A stretch of 32,000 nt of DNA from Delftia acidovorans NBRC 14950 (GCF_001598795.1 NZ_BCZP01000021.1:63664-95663); one strand, 5' to 3'. Positions 16,941 through 24,781 are shown, numbered from the stretch's first letter. Numbers and translations: made by a program. The notes: generated by a model from the letters alone, not told the origin.

Positions 16941-18181
16941 GCCGGGAAGATCCGCCAATGCACGAACCGCCAATGCACGAGCCGCCAATGCAGGAACAGG
17001 CAATCGATGCCGCCACCCTGAGGCGCTGGCGACTCATCCTCGGGCCCGAGGCCGCCCAGCCCCTGGCTGCCGCGCAGCCGCTCGATGCCGCCGATGCGCG
17101 CCGCGACGCGGCACTGGACTATCTCTACCAGCGCGAGCACCGCCTGCGCGAGCAGGCGAACACCTCGGGCACCGATGCGTGGCAGGGCACGGGCGGGCTA
17201 TCCGCGCGCCAGGGCGGCAGCGGCGTGCCCGAGCCCCAGGCTGTGCACTGGCTGGGCGAGGTGCGCGATCTGTTCCCGCGCAGCGCCGTGGAAACGCTGC
17301 AGCGCGATGCGCTGTCGCGCTATGGGCTCCATGGCCTGCTCAGTGATCCCCAGGTCCTGGCCGAGGCCGCGCCCAGCATCGAACTGGTGGCCGCCTTGAT
17401 GGCGGTGCGCACCAGCCTGCCCCCCGAGGTGCTGGCCGAGGCCCGCCGGTTGGTGGCGCGCGTGGTGGCCGATCTGCAGGCGCGGCTGTCCTCGCGCGTG
17501 CACTCGGCCCTGGGGCGGCGGCGCAGGCGCCGCAGTAGCCGGGGCCAGGGGCAGATGAGCGATCTGGACTGGCCGCGCACCCTGCGCCACAACCTGCGCC
17601 ACTACCAGAGCGAGGAGCAGGTGCTGGTGCTGGAGCGCCTGTTCTTCAGGGAGAACGAAGCACAGCGCCTGACCTGGGACCTGTGGCTGGTGGTGGACCA
17701 GAGCGGGTCCATGCATGAATCCGTCATCCACAGCGCCGTCATGGGCAGCATCTTTGCGCGCGTGCGCGCCCTGCGCACCCATGTGCTGCTGTTCTCCGAT
17801 GCCGTGGCCGATGTCACCGGCCAGCTGCATGCGCCCGAAGAGCTGCTGCTGGGCGCGCAACTGGGCGGAGGCACCAACATCGGCGCGGCACTGGCGCATG
17901 TGGCCGGGCAGTTGGCCGCGCCGCGCCGCAGCGTGATCGTGCTGATCACCGACCTGTACGAAGGCCATGACGAGGCCCGCGTCATCGCCGAGACCGAGCG
18001 GCTGGTTGCCAGTGGTGCCCGCGTGCTGGTGCTGGCTGCGCTGGACCGCCGCGCCCACCCCGACTATGACCGCGACCTGGCCGCGCAGCTGGTGGCGCGC
18101 GGCGCCCAGGTTGCCGCCATGACGCCCGACCATCTGGTGGATTGGCTGGCCCGTGCCATGCAGGGAGGGCAGCCTTCATGA
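16937..18181 (+). CDS. VWA (von Willebrand factor A) domain protein with MIDAS motif (YehP-like), 414 aa
   Basis: The MIDAS motif D-x-S-x-S is VVDQSGSM (DQSGS at 17696-17710), with downstream GGGTNIGAAL and VIVLITDLYEG typical of the VWA fold. The N-terminus carries the repeat PPMHE-PPMHE-PPMQE. Both ends overlap neighbouring genes as ATGA. Confidence 0.8.
   Translation: MSREDPPMHEPPMHEPPMQEQAIDAATLRRWRLILGPEAAQPLAAAQPLDAADARRDAALDYLYQREHRLREQANTSGTDAWQGTGGLSARQGGSGVPEPQAVHWLGEVRDLFPRSAVETLQRDALSRYGLHGLLSDPQVLAEAAPSIELVAALMAVRTSLPPEVLAEARRLVARVVADLQARLSSRVHSALGRRRRRRSSRGQGQMSDLDWPRTLRHNLRHYQSEEQVLVLERLFFRENEAQRLTWDLWLVVDQSGSMHESVIHSAVMGSIFARVRALRTHVLLFSDAVADVTGQLHAPEELLLGAQLGGGTNIGAALAHVAGQLAAPRRSVIVLITDLYEGHDEARVIAETERLVASGARVLVLAALDRRAHPDYDRDLAAQLVARGAQVAAMTPDHLVDWLARAMQGGQPS
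16952..16996 (+). repeat. 15-bp tandem repeat x3 (CCGCCAATGCACGAA-like) inside the 5' end of the VWA gene
   Basis: Read directly. The copies are at 16952-16966, 16967-16981 and 16982-16996, with 1-2 substitutions. They are in frame, encode PPMHE/PPMHE/PPMQE, and each carries an in-frame ATG. Confidence 0.9.
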
Positions 18182-19866
18182 TGCAGGAATGGCTGCGCAC
18201 CCTGGACGATGACGCCATTGCCGACTGGGCCAACAAGGGCCTGCTCAAGCGCGGGGCCAAGGCCCTGGCGGCGGTGGATGCGGGGCAGTGGGAGCTGGCG
18301 GCCAACCAGGCCCGCGCCGGCATCGAAGGCCATGTCCAGACCCTGGCCGGCGCGGGCTTTGCCACGCTGCAATGCAGCTGCCCCGCCTTTGGCCCCTGCC
18401 ACCATCTGTGCGCCTTGCTGCTGGGCCTGCGGGCGCGGCTGGCCCACGAGACCCCGGCCGATGGCATGGCCCAGGCGCCCGCTGCCCCGTGGCTCGACGG
18501 CGATGCCGGCGCGGTGGCCCAGGCCTTTGGAATGGCCGCCCAGCGCAAGGCCTTGCGCTGGATGGCCCAGGGCTTCGAGGCGGTGCTGGAAGAGGCCCCG
18601 GCCACCCTGATCGGCGAACTGTCCAACCCCGACGAAGTCACCGTGCGCCTGCCGCGCGCCGGTGGCCTGGCGGCGGCCAGTTGCAGCTGCAAGGCAGCGG
18701 CCTGCGCCCACCGCGCCCTGGTGGCATTGCAGGCCCGGCGCCTGGCGGGCGCACCCATGCCGGAGCTGCCGGCGCAGGCGCTGGAAGCCGGCGCACTGCA
18801 GCGGCTGGCCCAGGCGCGCCAATGGCTGACCGGCTGGGTGCTGCAGGGCCGTGCAGGCATGAGCCCGGCCTTCCTCGACCAGGGCGAGGCACTGGCCACC
18901 GAACTGCGCCAGGCCGACCTGCCGCGCCCCGCCAGCGTGCTCAACCTGCTGGTACGCGCCTTGCGTGACGAGCGCGCAGGGCGTGCCGGTGCGGCCGAAC
19001 GCGTGGCGCCCTTGCTGGCCGCGCTGTGGATGCTGCTGCGCGGCCTGGCGCAACAGCCCATGCCACGGCCCCTGAGCGAACTGGCGGGCGTGCACAGGCG
19101 CAGCTACCGGCGCGTGCAAGGCCTTTGCCTGCACGCCGTGGCAGCCGAGCTATGGCATGCGCGCGGCGGGCAGCGCGGGTTTTCCGTGCATTTGCAGGAC
19201 GCGGCCAGCGGTCGGTATCTGACCTGGTCCGCATCGCGCGCCGAAGGCTTCGACCCGGAGTGGGAACCAGCCGGGGCGCTGGACTCGGAAACCCTGGGCG
19301 GCCTCACCGCAAGGCAGCTGCTGCAAGGCCCCCATGTGCTGCTGGACGGCTGGGCCAGCGACGATGGCCGCCTGTCGGCGCGCGACGCCACGCGGCTGGC
19401 ACCGGCCCAGGCGACCGGCCCGCTGCCGATCCAGGTGACCAGCCCGCTGCCGGTGGCCGACGATCCCCAGGCCCTGCTGCAGCGCCATCTGCAGGAGCTG
19501 CATGCCGACCCCTGGCGCCTGCAGCCGCCTCTTTGGGCACGGCTGCAGGTGGCCGGCAGCGGCCTGGCGCAGCGTGACGAGCTGCTGCAGCGCTGGACGA
19601 TTGCATTGCGGTCGCCGGTGCCCGGGCCTTCCCTGTCCCTGGTGGGCGATCTGCACGGCATGCAGGGCAGGGCGGGTGAGGCATTGCGCAGGGAACTGGC
19701 GCGCGGCCGCGTGCTGCGGGAAGTCTTTGGCCGCGTGGAATTCGTGGCAGGGCAGCTGCAGATTGCCGTGGCTTCCGTGCGCTGGCGGGACAGCGCGCAC
19801 TGGCACCATCCCAGCACGGCCTGGCCGCCGCCGCTTGCCGAAGTCGGTGTGGAGAAGGCTCCATGA
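18178..19866 (+). CDS. SWIM zinc-finger domain protein (YehQ-like), 562 aa
   Basis: There are two CxC-xn-CxH signatures: CSCPAFGPCHH (18373-18405) and CSCKAAACAH (18682-18711). The ATG at 18178 overlaps the VWA stop (ATGA) and is preceded by GGGAGGG. The rest is Ala/Leu/Gln-rich and probably helical. Confidence 0.75.
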   Translation: MMQEWLRTLDDDAIADWANKGLLKRGAKALAAVDAGQWELAANQARAGIEGHVQTLAGAGFATLQCSCPAFGPCHHLCALLLGLRARLAHETPADGMAQAPAAPWLDGDAGAVAQAFGMAAQRKALRWMAQGFEAVLEEAPATLIGELSNPDEVTVRLPRAGGLAAASCSCKAAACAHRALVALQARRLAGAPMPELPAQALEAGALQRLAQARQWLTGWVLQGRAGMSPAFLDQGEALATELRQADLPRPASVLNLLVRALRDERAGRAGAAERVAPLLAALWMLLRGLAQQPMPRPLSELAGVHRRSYRRVQGLCLHAVAAELWHARGGQRGFSVHLQDAASGRYLTWSASRAEGFDPEWEPAGALDSETLGGLTARQLLQGPHVLLDGWASDDGRLSARDATRLAPAQATGPLPIQVTSPLPVADDPQALLQRHLQELHADPWRLQPPLWARLQVAGSGLAQRDELLQRWTIALRSPVPGPSLSLVGDLHGMQGRAGEALRRELARGRVLREVFGRVEFVAGQLQIAVASVRWRDSAHWHHPSTAWPPPLAEVGVEKAP

Positions 19867-20177
19867 GCAGTTCAATCAAAGCAAGCAACGAGAGCACCAC
19901 CGCGCCGCTGCGCCATTGGCTGGCACAAGGCCAGGCCTGGCTGGCCGACATGCAGGCCGCAGGCCTGGCGGGTGCCGGCGCACCGCTGCTGGCCGCAGGC
20001 CGGGCCTGGGCCGACGAGGGCGCGCTGCTGGGCTGGGGCGCCCTGGCAAGGCAGATGGACGGCGTGCTGGACCCGCAGCTGCCGCCGGCGGAGCGCGCGG
20101 CCGCCCTGCTCGATATCGCGGTCTGGGTCATGACCGCGCAGCGGCTGCAGGCCGGTGCGGATCAGTCCTTGCCCTGA
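19863..20177 (+). CDS. Small hypothetical protein (104 aa), terminal gene of the cluster
   Basis: The ATG overlaps the SWIM gene's stop (ATGA) and is preceded by GGAGAAGG. The product is Ala/Leu/Trp-rich with GC3-rich codons. I recognise no family. Its 3' end overlaps the convergent gene by 16 nt. Confidence 0.45.
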   Translation: MSSSIKASNESTTAPLRHWLAQGQAWLADMQAAGLAGAGAPLLAAGRAWADEGALLGWGALARQMDGVLDPQLPPAERAAALLDIAVWVMTAQRLQAGADQSLP

Positions 20178-20989
20178 AAAAAGCCATTGAGTTCGGCGCC
20201 CGGCGTGGCCTGGGCGAACGCGTCGAAGCGCCCCGTCTCGGCAATGGAGCGCGCCGCATGCAGAAACCCGCTCCAGGCTGCGCGCGCCAGTGCGCCGCCC
20301 ACGCTGATGCGGCGCACGCCCATGGCCTCGGCATCCTGCAGGCTCCATTCGCTGGCCCCTCCGATCAGCAGATTCACCGGCTTGGGTGCCACGGCCGCCA
20401 CCACGGCACGGATCTGCTCGGCGCTGCGGATGCCGGGTGCGTACAGGCAGTCCGCGCCGGCCTCGGCATAGGCCTTGAGCCGGGCAATGGTGTCGTCCAG
20501 ATCGGGCCGGCCCACGAAGAAATTCTCCGCACGCCCGACCAACAAAGTGCCGCCACCGGCCTCGTCGATGGCTGCACGGGCGGCGCGCAGCCGGGCCACG
20601 GCTTCCTCGATGCTGCGCAAGGGGTTGGCTGCATCGCCTGTCGAGTCTTCGATGGACAGGCCCGCCACGCCGGTGTCCACGGCCATGCGCACGCTTTCGG
20701 CAACCTCCTGCGGGCCCAGGCCGAAGCCGCTTTCAAAGTCCGCATTCACGGGCAGATCGGTGGCCGCGACCAGGCTGCGCAGATGCTCCAGCGTCATCTC
20801 GCGGGAGATGGCGCCATCGGGCTGGCCCAGCGACCAGGCATGGCCTGAGCTGGTGCTGGCCAGCGCCTTGAAGCCCAGGCCCTGCAGCATGCGGGCGCTG
20901 CCCGCATCCCAGGGATTGGGCAGCACAAAGCAGCCCTGGCGGTGCAGGGCGTGGAAGGTGGCGCGCTTTTGTTCGGTGGTGGGGGTCAT
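20162..20989 (-). CDS. Isocitrate lyase / PEP mutase family protein (2-methylisocitrate lyase-like)
   Basis: The 275-aa product starts MTPTTEQKRATFHALHRQGCFVLPNPWDAGSARMLQ. It contains DLPVNADFESGFG and GVAGLSIEDS, characteristic of the ICL/PEPM superfamily. Confidence 0.85.
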   Translation of the reverse strand: MTPTTEQKRATFHALHRQGCFVLPNPWDAGSARMLQGLGFKALASTSSGHAWSLGQPDGAISREMTLEHLRSLVAATDLPVNADFESGFGLGPQEVAESVRMAVDTGVAGLSIEDSTGDAANPLRSIEEAVARLRAARAAIDEAGGGTLLVGRAENFFVGRPDLDDTIARLKAYAEAGADCLYAPGIRSAEQIRAVVAAVAPKPVNLLIGGASEWSLQDAEAMGVRRISVGGALARAAWSGFLHAARSIAETGRFDAFAQATPGAELNGFFQGKD

Positions 20990-21009
20990 GGGGGCACTCC
21001 GTTGCGGGG

Positions 21010-22179
21010 TCAGGGCGCTGGTGGAAACAGCAGGGGCCGCGCGGCCAGGGACGGCAGCACGCAAGCCACATCATGGGCGCAGTCCGGCACCACGACGAAG
21101 CGGCGTGGCCGCTGCGGCGCCAGCAGCTCGCGCTCGTAGGCCGCGAAGGCGTGGCCTCGCTGCAGCCGGAACGGGCCTTGCAGCATGGCGGCACAGGACT
21201 TGTCGAGGATGGGATAGAACGCGCCCTTGTCCGCGCTGCTGTCCAGGGCGCCTTCCAGGTAGTCGATCTGCGCGGCCGCATAGCGGGCCCGCGCGGCAGC
21301 CGCATCGCGCCCCAGGTGGCCGGGCAGGTCCTGCAGGCCGTACTTCCAGCGGTCATGGCCCGGGCAGGCGCTGGCGGCGGGCGGCGCATGGAAGACATAG
21401 CTGCACGCCCCCGGAAACGCCGCGCCTGTGCCGCAGGCTGCCCAGTCGGTGCTCTGCCCGGCCATCTGCGGCTGTGGCCGCACGGGATCGAAGTACAGCC
21501 AGGTACCCGGGTCGGCGATCACGTAGCGCAAGGTGACTGTGCCCGGCGCGTCGGCAGCAAAGGCCACGCTGTGCTGCAGCATCTGCGCCCCTGCCGAAAA
21601 CCCCGCCAGGGTCACGCTGCGCAGGCCGGGCCAGCGCTGCACGAGCTCGGCCACCAGCGCATCCAGCGCGGCGAAAGAACCTATCGGATGCGGCCCCAGC
21701 GAGGGCTCGCCGGCCAGCCAGCCCGCGCAGGTCCATACCGCGTCTGCGTTCCCGGCTGCGGGCACGCCACGGCTGTGGCAATGCGCAGCCTGGTCCTCGG
21801 GCACCTGGTACAGCGGGGCGATGACCAGGGTGTCCTGCAGCCGCTGCGCGCCTTCGGCGGCCCGCAGGCCGGCCTCGAAGCTGCGGTTGGCATCGCGCGG
21901 ATGCCCGTGCATCACCACCAGCGCGGACCGGGGCATGGCGCCGTTGCTGGCGCCCGGCGCCTGCGATGCGTAGTAGCGCATGCGCCCCGCGTTGCCGGGC
22001 AGGTTGAAGGATTGCAGGCAGGCGGTGTCGGCCCGGTGCCTGCAAACGGAAGCATCGGCGGAAGCATCGGCGGACACAGCCGCGGGGACAGGTTCGGGAG
22101 CTGTCGCTTGCGCCAGCGCCTCGACCGAGATCGCCAGAAACAGCAAAAGCAGGGGGCGCAGAGGACGGATGGACGGCAT
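21010..22179 (-). CDS. Secreted alpha/beta-hydrolase-like protein (esterase/depolymerase-like)
   Basis: The signal peptide is MPSIRPLRPLLLLFLAISVEALA. A GxSxG nucleophile elbow is present as LAGFSAGAQM. The gene ends 20 nt upstream of the PEP-mutase-family gene on the same strand. The exact family is not recognised. Confidence 0.7.
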   Translation of the reverse strand: MPSIRPLRPLLLLFLAISVEALAQATAPEPVPAAVSADASADASVCRHRADTACLQSFNLPGNAGRMRYYASQAPGASNGAMPRSALVVMHGHPRDANRSFEAGLRAAEGAQRLQDTLVIAPLYQVPEDQAAHCHSRGVPAAGNADAVWTCAGWLAGEPSLGPHPIGSFAALDALVAELVQRWPGLRSVTLAGFSAGAQMLQHSVAFAADAPGTVTLRYVIADPGTWLYFDPVRPQPQMAGQSTDWAACGTGAAFPGACSYVFHAPPAASACPGHDRWKYGLQDLPGHLGRDAAAARARYAAAQIDYLEGALDSSADKGAFYPILDKSCAAMLQGPFRLQRGHAFAAYERELLAPQRPRRFVVVPDCAHDVACVLPSLAARPLLFPPAP

Positions 22180-22279
22180 TTGCGGGACGTCATTCGCAGG
22201 GGTGGGTCGGCCTGCTAGTATGCGGGCGGCCGCAAGCCATGGCCTGGCTTGTTTCTCAAGACCCACTCCCTTGTCGCAT

Positions 22280-22606
22280 ATGCCACTTCTGCCGCGTTTC
22301 AGCCTTGTCCTTGCCTGTCTCGCACTGCCGGCCTTCGTTCACGCCGCAGACTTCGACAAGAAAAACTGCACCTACAAAGGCATCCGCCTCTACGGCAAGG
22401 TCCAGATCGTGCACTCCTTTCCCGACATCAAGGTCCAGGCCACCAGCTCTTTCCCGGACCTCAAGGTCAAGGTGGTGGACTCCTTTGCAGACAGTTGCGG
22501 AGAGTGGAAGATCGTCACCTCCTTCCCCGACTTCAAGGTCCAGATGGTCAGTTCCTTCCCGGACCTGAAAGTCGACATGGGCAGCTCGTCGCCCGGCGTG
22601 CGATAG
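22280..22606 (+). CDS. Small secreted repeat protein (about 6 copies of KVxxVxSFPD-h)
   Basis: The signal peptide is MPLLPRFSLVLACLALPAFVHA. The mature part is almost entirely repeats: KVQIVHSFPDI / KVQATSSFPDL / KVKVVDSFAD... / KIVTSFPDF / KVQMVSSFPDL / KVDMGSSSPG. Confidence 0.6.
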   Translation: MPLLPRFSLVLACLALPAFVHAADFDKKNCTYKGIRLYGKVQIVHSFPDIKVQATSSFPDLKVKVVDSFADSCGEWKIVTSFPDFKVQMVSSFPDLKVDMGSSSPGVR

Positions 22607-22644
22607 CCGCCTGGCGCTGTCCAGCATTGCCCCATCGCAGCACC

Positions 22645-23610
22645 GTGACCTCCTCCACACCCGACGAATTCGAAGCCCTGCACGACCAGGCCTATGCCGA
22701 CATGGGATGCGGCGCGCTGGCCGAGGCCGCCCAGGCCTTCGAGGCGCTGGCAGCCCACATGCCGGACAACCGCCACTACCACTACATGCTGGGGCTTGCG
22801 CGCAAGTACCAGCGCGATTGGCAGCCATCGCTGGAGCACAACCTGCGCGCCATTGCACTGGCGGGCGAAGACGACGAAGCCAGCCTCTGGAATGGCGCCA
22901 TCGCGGCCACGGCGCTGTCCGACTGGACCACGGCGCGCAGGCTGTGGAAGGCCTGCGGCATCCAGGTGCCTGGCGAGCAGGGCCCCATCGAGGGTGACTA
23001 CGGCGTGGCCGTGGTGCGCCTGCACCCCTGGCAGGGCGGCGAGACCGTGTTCATGCGCCGCATCGACCCCGTGCGCGCCCAGTTGCTCAACGTGCCGCTG
23101 CCCGAAAGCGGCCATCGTTTCGGCGACATCGTGCTGCACGACGGCGCCTCCACCGGCCAACGGTTCAACGGCCAGCGCGAAGTGCCGGTCTTCAACGAGC
23201 TGCAGCGGCTGGCGCCCTCGGCATTCCAGACCTTCGTGGTCTTCATCACCTGCGCCAATGCGCAGGACTTGCAGGAATTGCTGGGTACCGAAGCCCCGGG
23301 CATCGGCTATGCCGAGGACTGGACGGCCAGCATCCGCCACTACTGCATGCGCTGCAGCTATGGCACGCCCCACCAGCATGCCGAGGCAGCTTCGCCACCC
23401 GAGGGTGAACCGTCCTGGCAGACCGATCGCAACCTGGGCATCGCCGCAGTGGACCGCGCCGCCGTCGATGCCTTGCTCAACGCATGGCAAGCCGGTGGCG
23501 CCGGGCGCCGTATCGACGCAGTGCAGACCCGCGAACTGCCCGTGCCCGACGAGGAAGAAAGCTGGGCCTGGTGGGTAGGGCCCGAGGGCGCGGAGGATGA
23601 GGCGCCGTAG
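22645..23610 (+). CDS. Hypothetical protein, TPR-like N-terminus
   Basis: The ORF is GC3-biased, with a proposed GTG start at 22645, 38 nt after the repeat-protein gene. The N-terminus FEALHDQAYADMGCGALAEAAQAFEALAAHMPDNRHYHYMLGLARKY looks TPR-like. The C-terminus is acidic. The family is not recognised and the start is uncertain. Confidence 0.5.
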   Translation: MTSSTPDEFEALHDQAYADMGCGALAEAAQAFEALAAHMPDNRHYHYMLGLARKYQRDWQPSLEHNLRAIALAGEDDEASLWNGAIAATALSDWTTARRLWKACGIQVPGEQGPIEGDYGVAVVRLHPWQGGETVFMRRIDPVRAQLLNVPLPESGHRFGDIVLHDGASTGQRFNGQREVPVFNELQRLAPSAFQTFVVFITCANAQDLQELLGTEAPGIGYAEDWTASIRHYCMRCSYGTPHQHAEAASPPEGEPSWQTDRNLGIAAVDRAAVDALLNAWQAGGAGRRIDAVQTRELPVPDEEESWAWWVGPEGAEDEAP

Positions 23611-23643
23611 CTGAGCAATGCGAGCGAGCATGGCCCGCATCGA

Positions 23644-24138
23644 TCACCGACCCTGTGCGCTGGCCCCCTCAAGTCCGGGCGCGTGAAGCCGGACCCTGAA
23701 GCCTTCCGACACGCTGTAGCGAGGGATGCCGTGCCCCTCATACCGCCGCATCAGGCCAAGAAAGCGGTGCTTGAGCTGCATGGCCGCGCTGAACTCTTCC
23801 CAGGCGATCAGCGCACAGGGTGAATCGCCGTAGGTACTGCAGATGCGCACCTGGCGCTGGTCCTGCTCCATCTGCGCCCAGCCGTCCTCACGCAGGCTGA
23901 CGGCGCGCACCTGAGGATTGCGCAGATCCAGAAGCGCGGCGAGATAGGGCAGGTCCAGGTCGTTGAGCCAGTGGTAGTTGAAGAAGTGGTGCATCACGTC
24001 CAGTGCATCGGGCGAGCCCCTGGCTTCGAGATCCATGTGCATCCGTGCGATGCAATTGCAGACGCTCATGCCCCGCACGCGCACGGCGCTCAGCTGGATG
24101 TCTTCGGTGGTGTTCTCGCAAGAGAGGGTGTGCAGCAT
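23644..24138 (-). CDS. Hypothetical protein (164 aa)
   Basis: ATG at the complement of 24136-24138. The coding-like composition is more AT-rich than the surroundings. The upstream part of the 304-aa ORF is Arg/Trp/Ser-rich and looks non-coding. I recognise no family. Confidence 0.4.
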   Translation of the reverse strand: MLHTLSCENTTEDIQLSAVRVRGMSVCNCIARMHMDLEARGSPDALDVMHHFFNYHWLNDLDLPYLAALLDLRNPQVRAVSLREDGWAQMEQDQRQVRICSTYGDSPCALIAWEEFSAAMQLKHRFLGLMRRYEGHGIPRYSVSEGFRVRLHAPGLEGASAQGR

Positions 24139-24319
24139 GCTGTCTGGTGAGGTGGGACGGATACGGTGCTTGCCAATGTAGCGTGCGCGGCCCCGGATGG
24201 ACGATGGACTTGCTTGATCCGCGACGGATTGGCCTTGGCCGTGCGTTGAAGTGATGTGGCAAGCCGGCATCGGCTTTCTGCAAGCAACGTCCGTCCACAT
24301 CCTTTCAAGAAGAAACACC

Positions 24320-24649
24320 ATGTCCCTGCGCAAAGCCTTCATGCTCGTCATTGCCACTGCTTCGTTGGCCGGCCTCGGCAGCGCCGCATCCGCCGCCACC
24401 TGGGACCAGGCCCATCCGCGCCGTGCCGAGGTCAACGGCCGCCTGGCCAACCAGGACCGCCGTATCCACAACGAAGTGCGCAAGGGCGAGATCAGCCATG
24501 GCCAGGCGGCTGCGCTGCACCAGCAGGACCACAGGATCCGCCAGGAAGAACGCCTCATGGCCAGCCAGAACGGCGGTCATATCACGCGCAGCGAGCAGCA
24601 TGTGCTGAATCAGCAGGAGAACCAGGTCAGCCGTGAGATCGGCCACTGA
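24320..24649 (+). CDS. Small secreted protein with charged helical repeats
   Basis: The signal peptide is MSLRKAFMLVIATASLAGLGSAASAA. The mature part is rich in Q/R/E/H with NQ(D/E)xRI-like repeats. A strong terminator follows. Confidence 0.6.
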   Translation: MSLRKAFMLVIATASLAGLGSAASAATWDQAHPRRAEVNGRLANQDRRIHNEVRKGEISHGQAAALHQQDHRIRQEERLMASQNGGHITRSEQHVLNQQENQVSREIGH

Positions 24650-24727
24650 GCAGGCGCTGAGCGGCCACTGAGCAGCCACTGCGCGGCCGCCGGTCAGATA
24701 TCGCCAGATCTTGCGCACATGACACAA

Positions 24728-24759
24728 GGGCCGGCCGCCTTGAGGCGCCGGCCCTTTTT
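24728..24759 (+). terminator. Rho-independent terminator between convergent genes
   Basis: Stem GGGCCGGC (24728-24735) / GCCGGCCC (24747-24754) with an 11-nt loop, followed by TTTTT (24755-24759). It lies between the stop at 24649 (+) and the stop at 24782 (-). Confidence 0.7.
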
Positions 24760-24781
24760 CATGTTGGCGTGGGGCCCGCGT

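Noticed and set aside
13283-19134. Minus-strand ORFs 13283-14659, 14433-16703, 16241-17140, 17198-18133 and 17982-19134, opposite the AAA+/YehM-like/VWA/SWIM genes
   Set aside because: Their translations are Arg/Gly/Ala/Gln-rich and motif-free. The sense frames contain Walker A, MIDAS and SWIM motifs and form a coupled operon.
4464-20177. The idea that the yeh-like cluster sits on a horizontally acquired defence island
   Set aside because: I see no compositional shift, integrase, transposase, flanking repeats or neighbouring known defence genes. The only mobile-element signature starts at 29721 and is separated from the cluster by core-looking genes. A conflict or defence role remains possible, but the genomic context does not support it.
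24641-24675. Short direct repeat GGCCACTGAGCAG x2 just after the small secreted protein gene
   Set aside because: It is 13 bp in only two copies and overlaps a stop codon. It is most simply a small local duplication and has no structural or coding implication that I can see.
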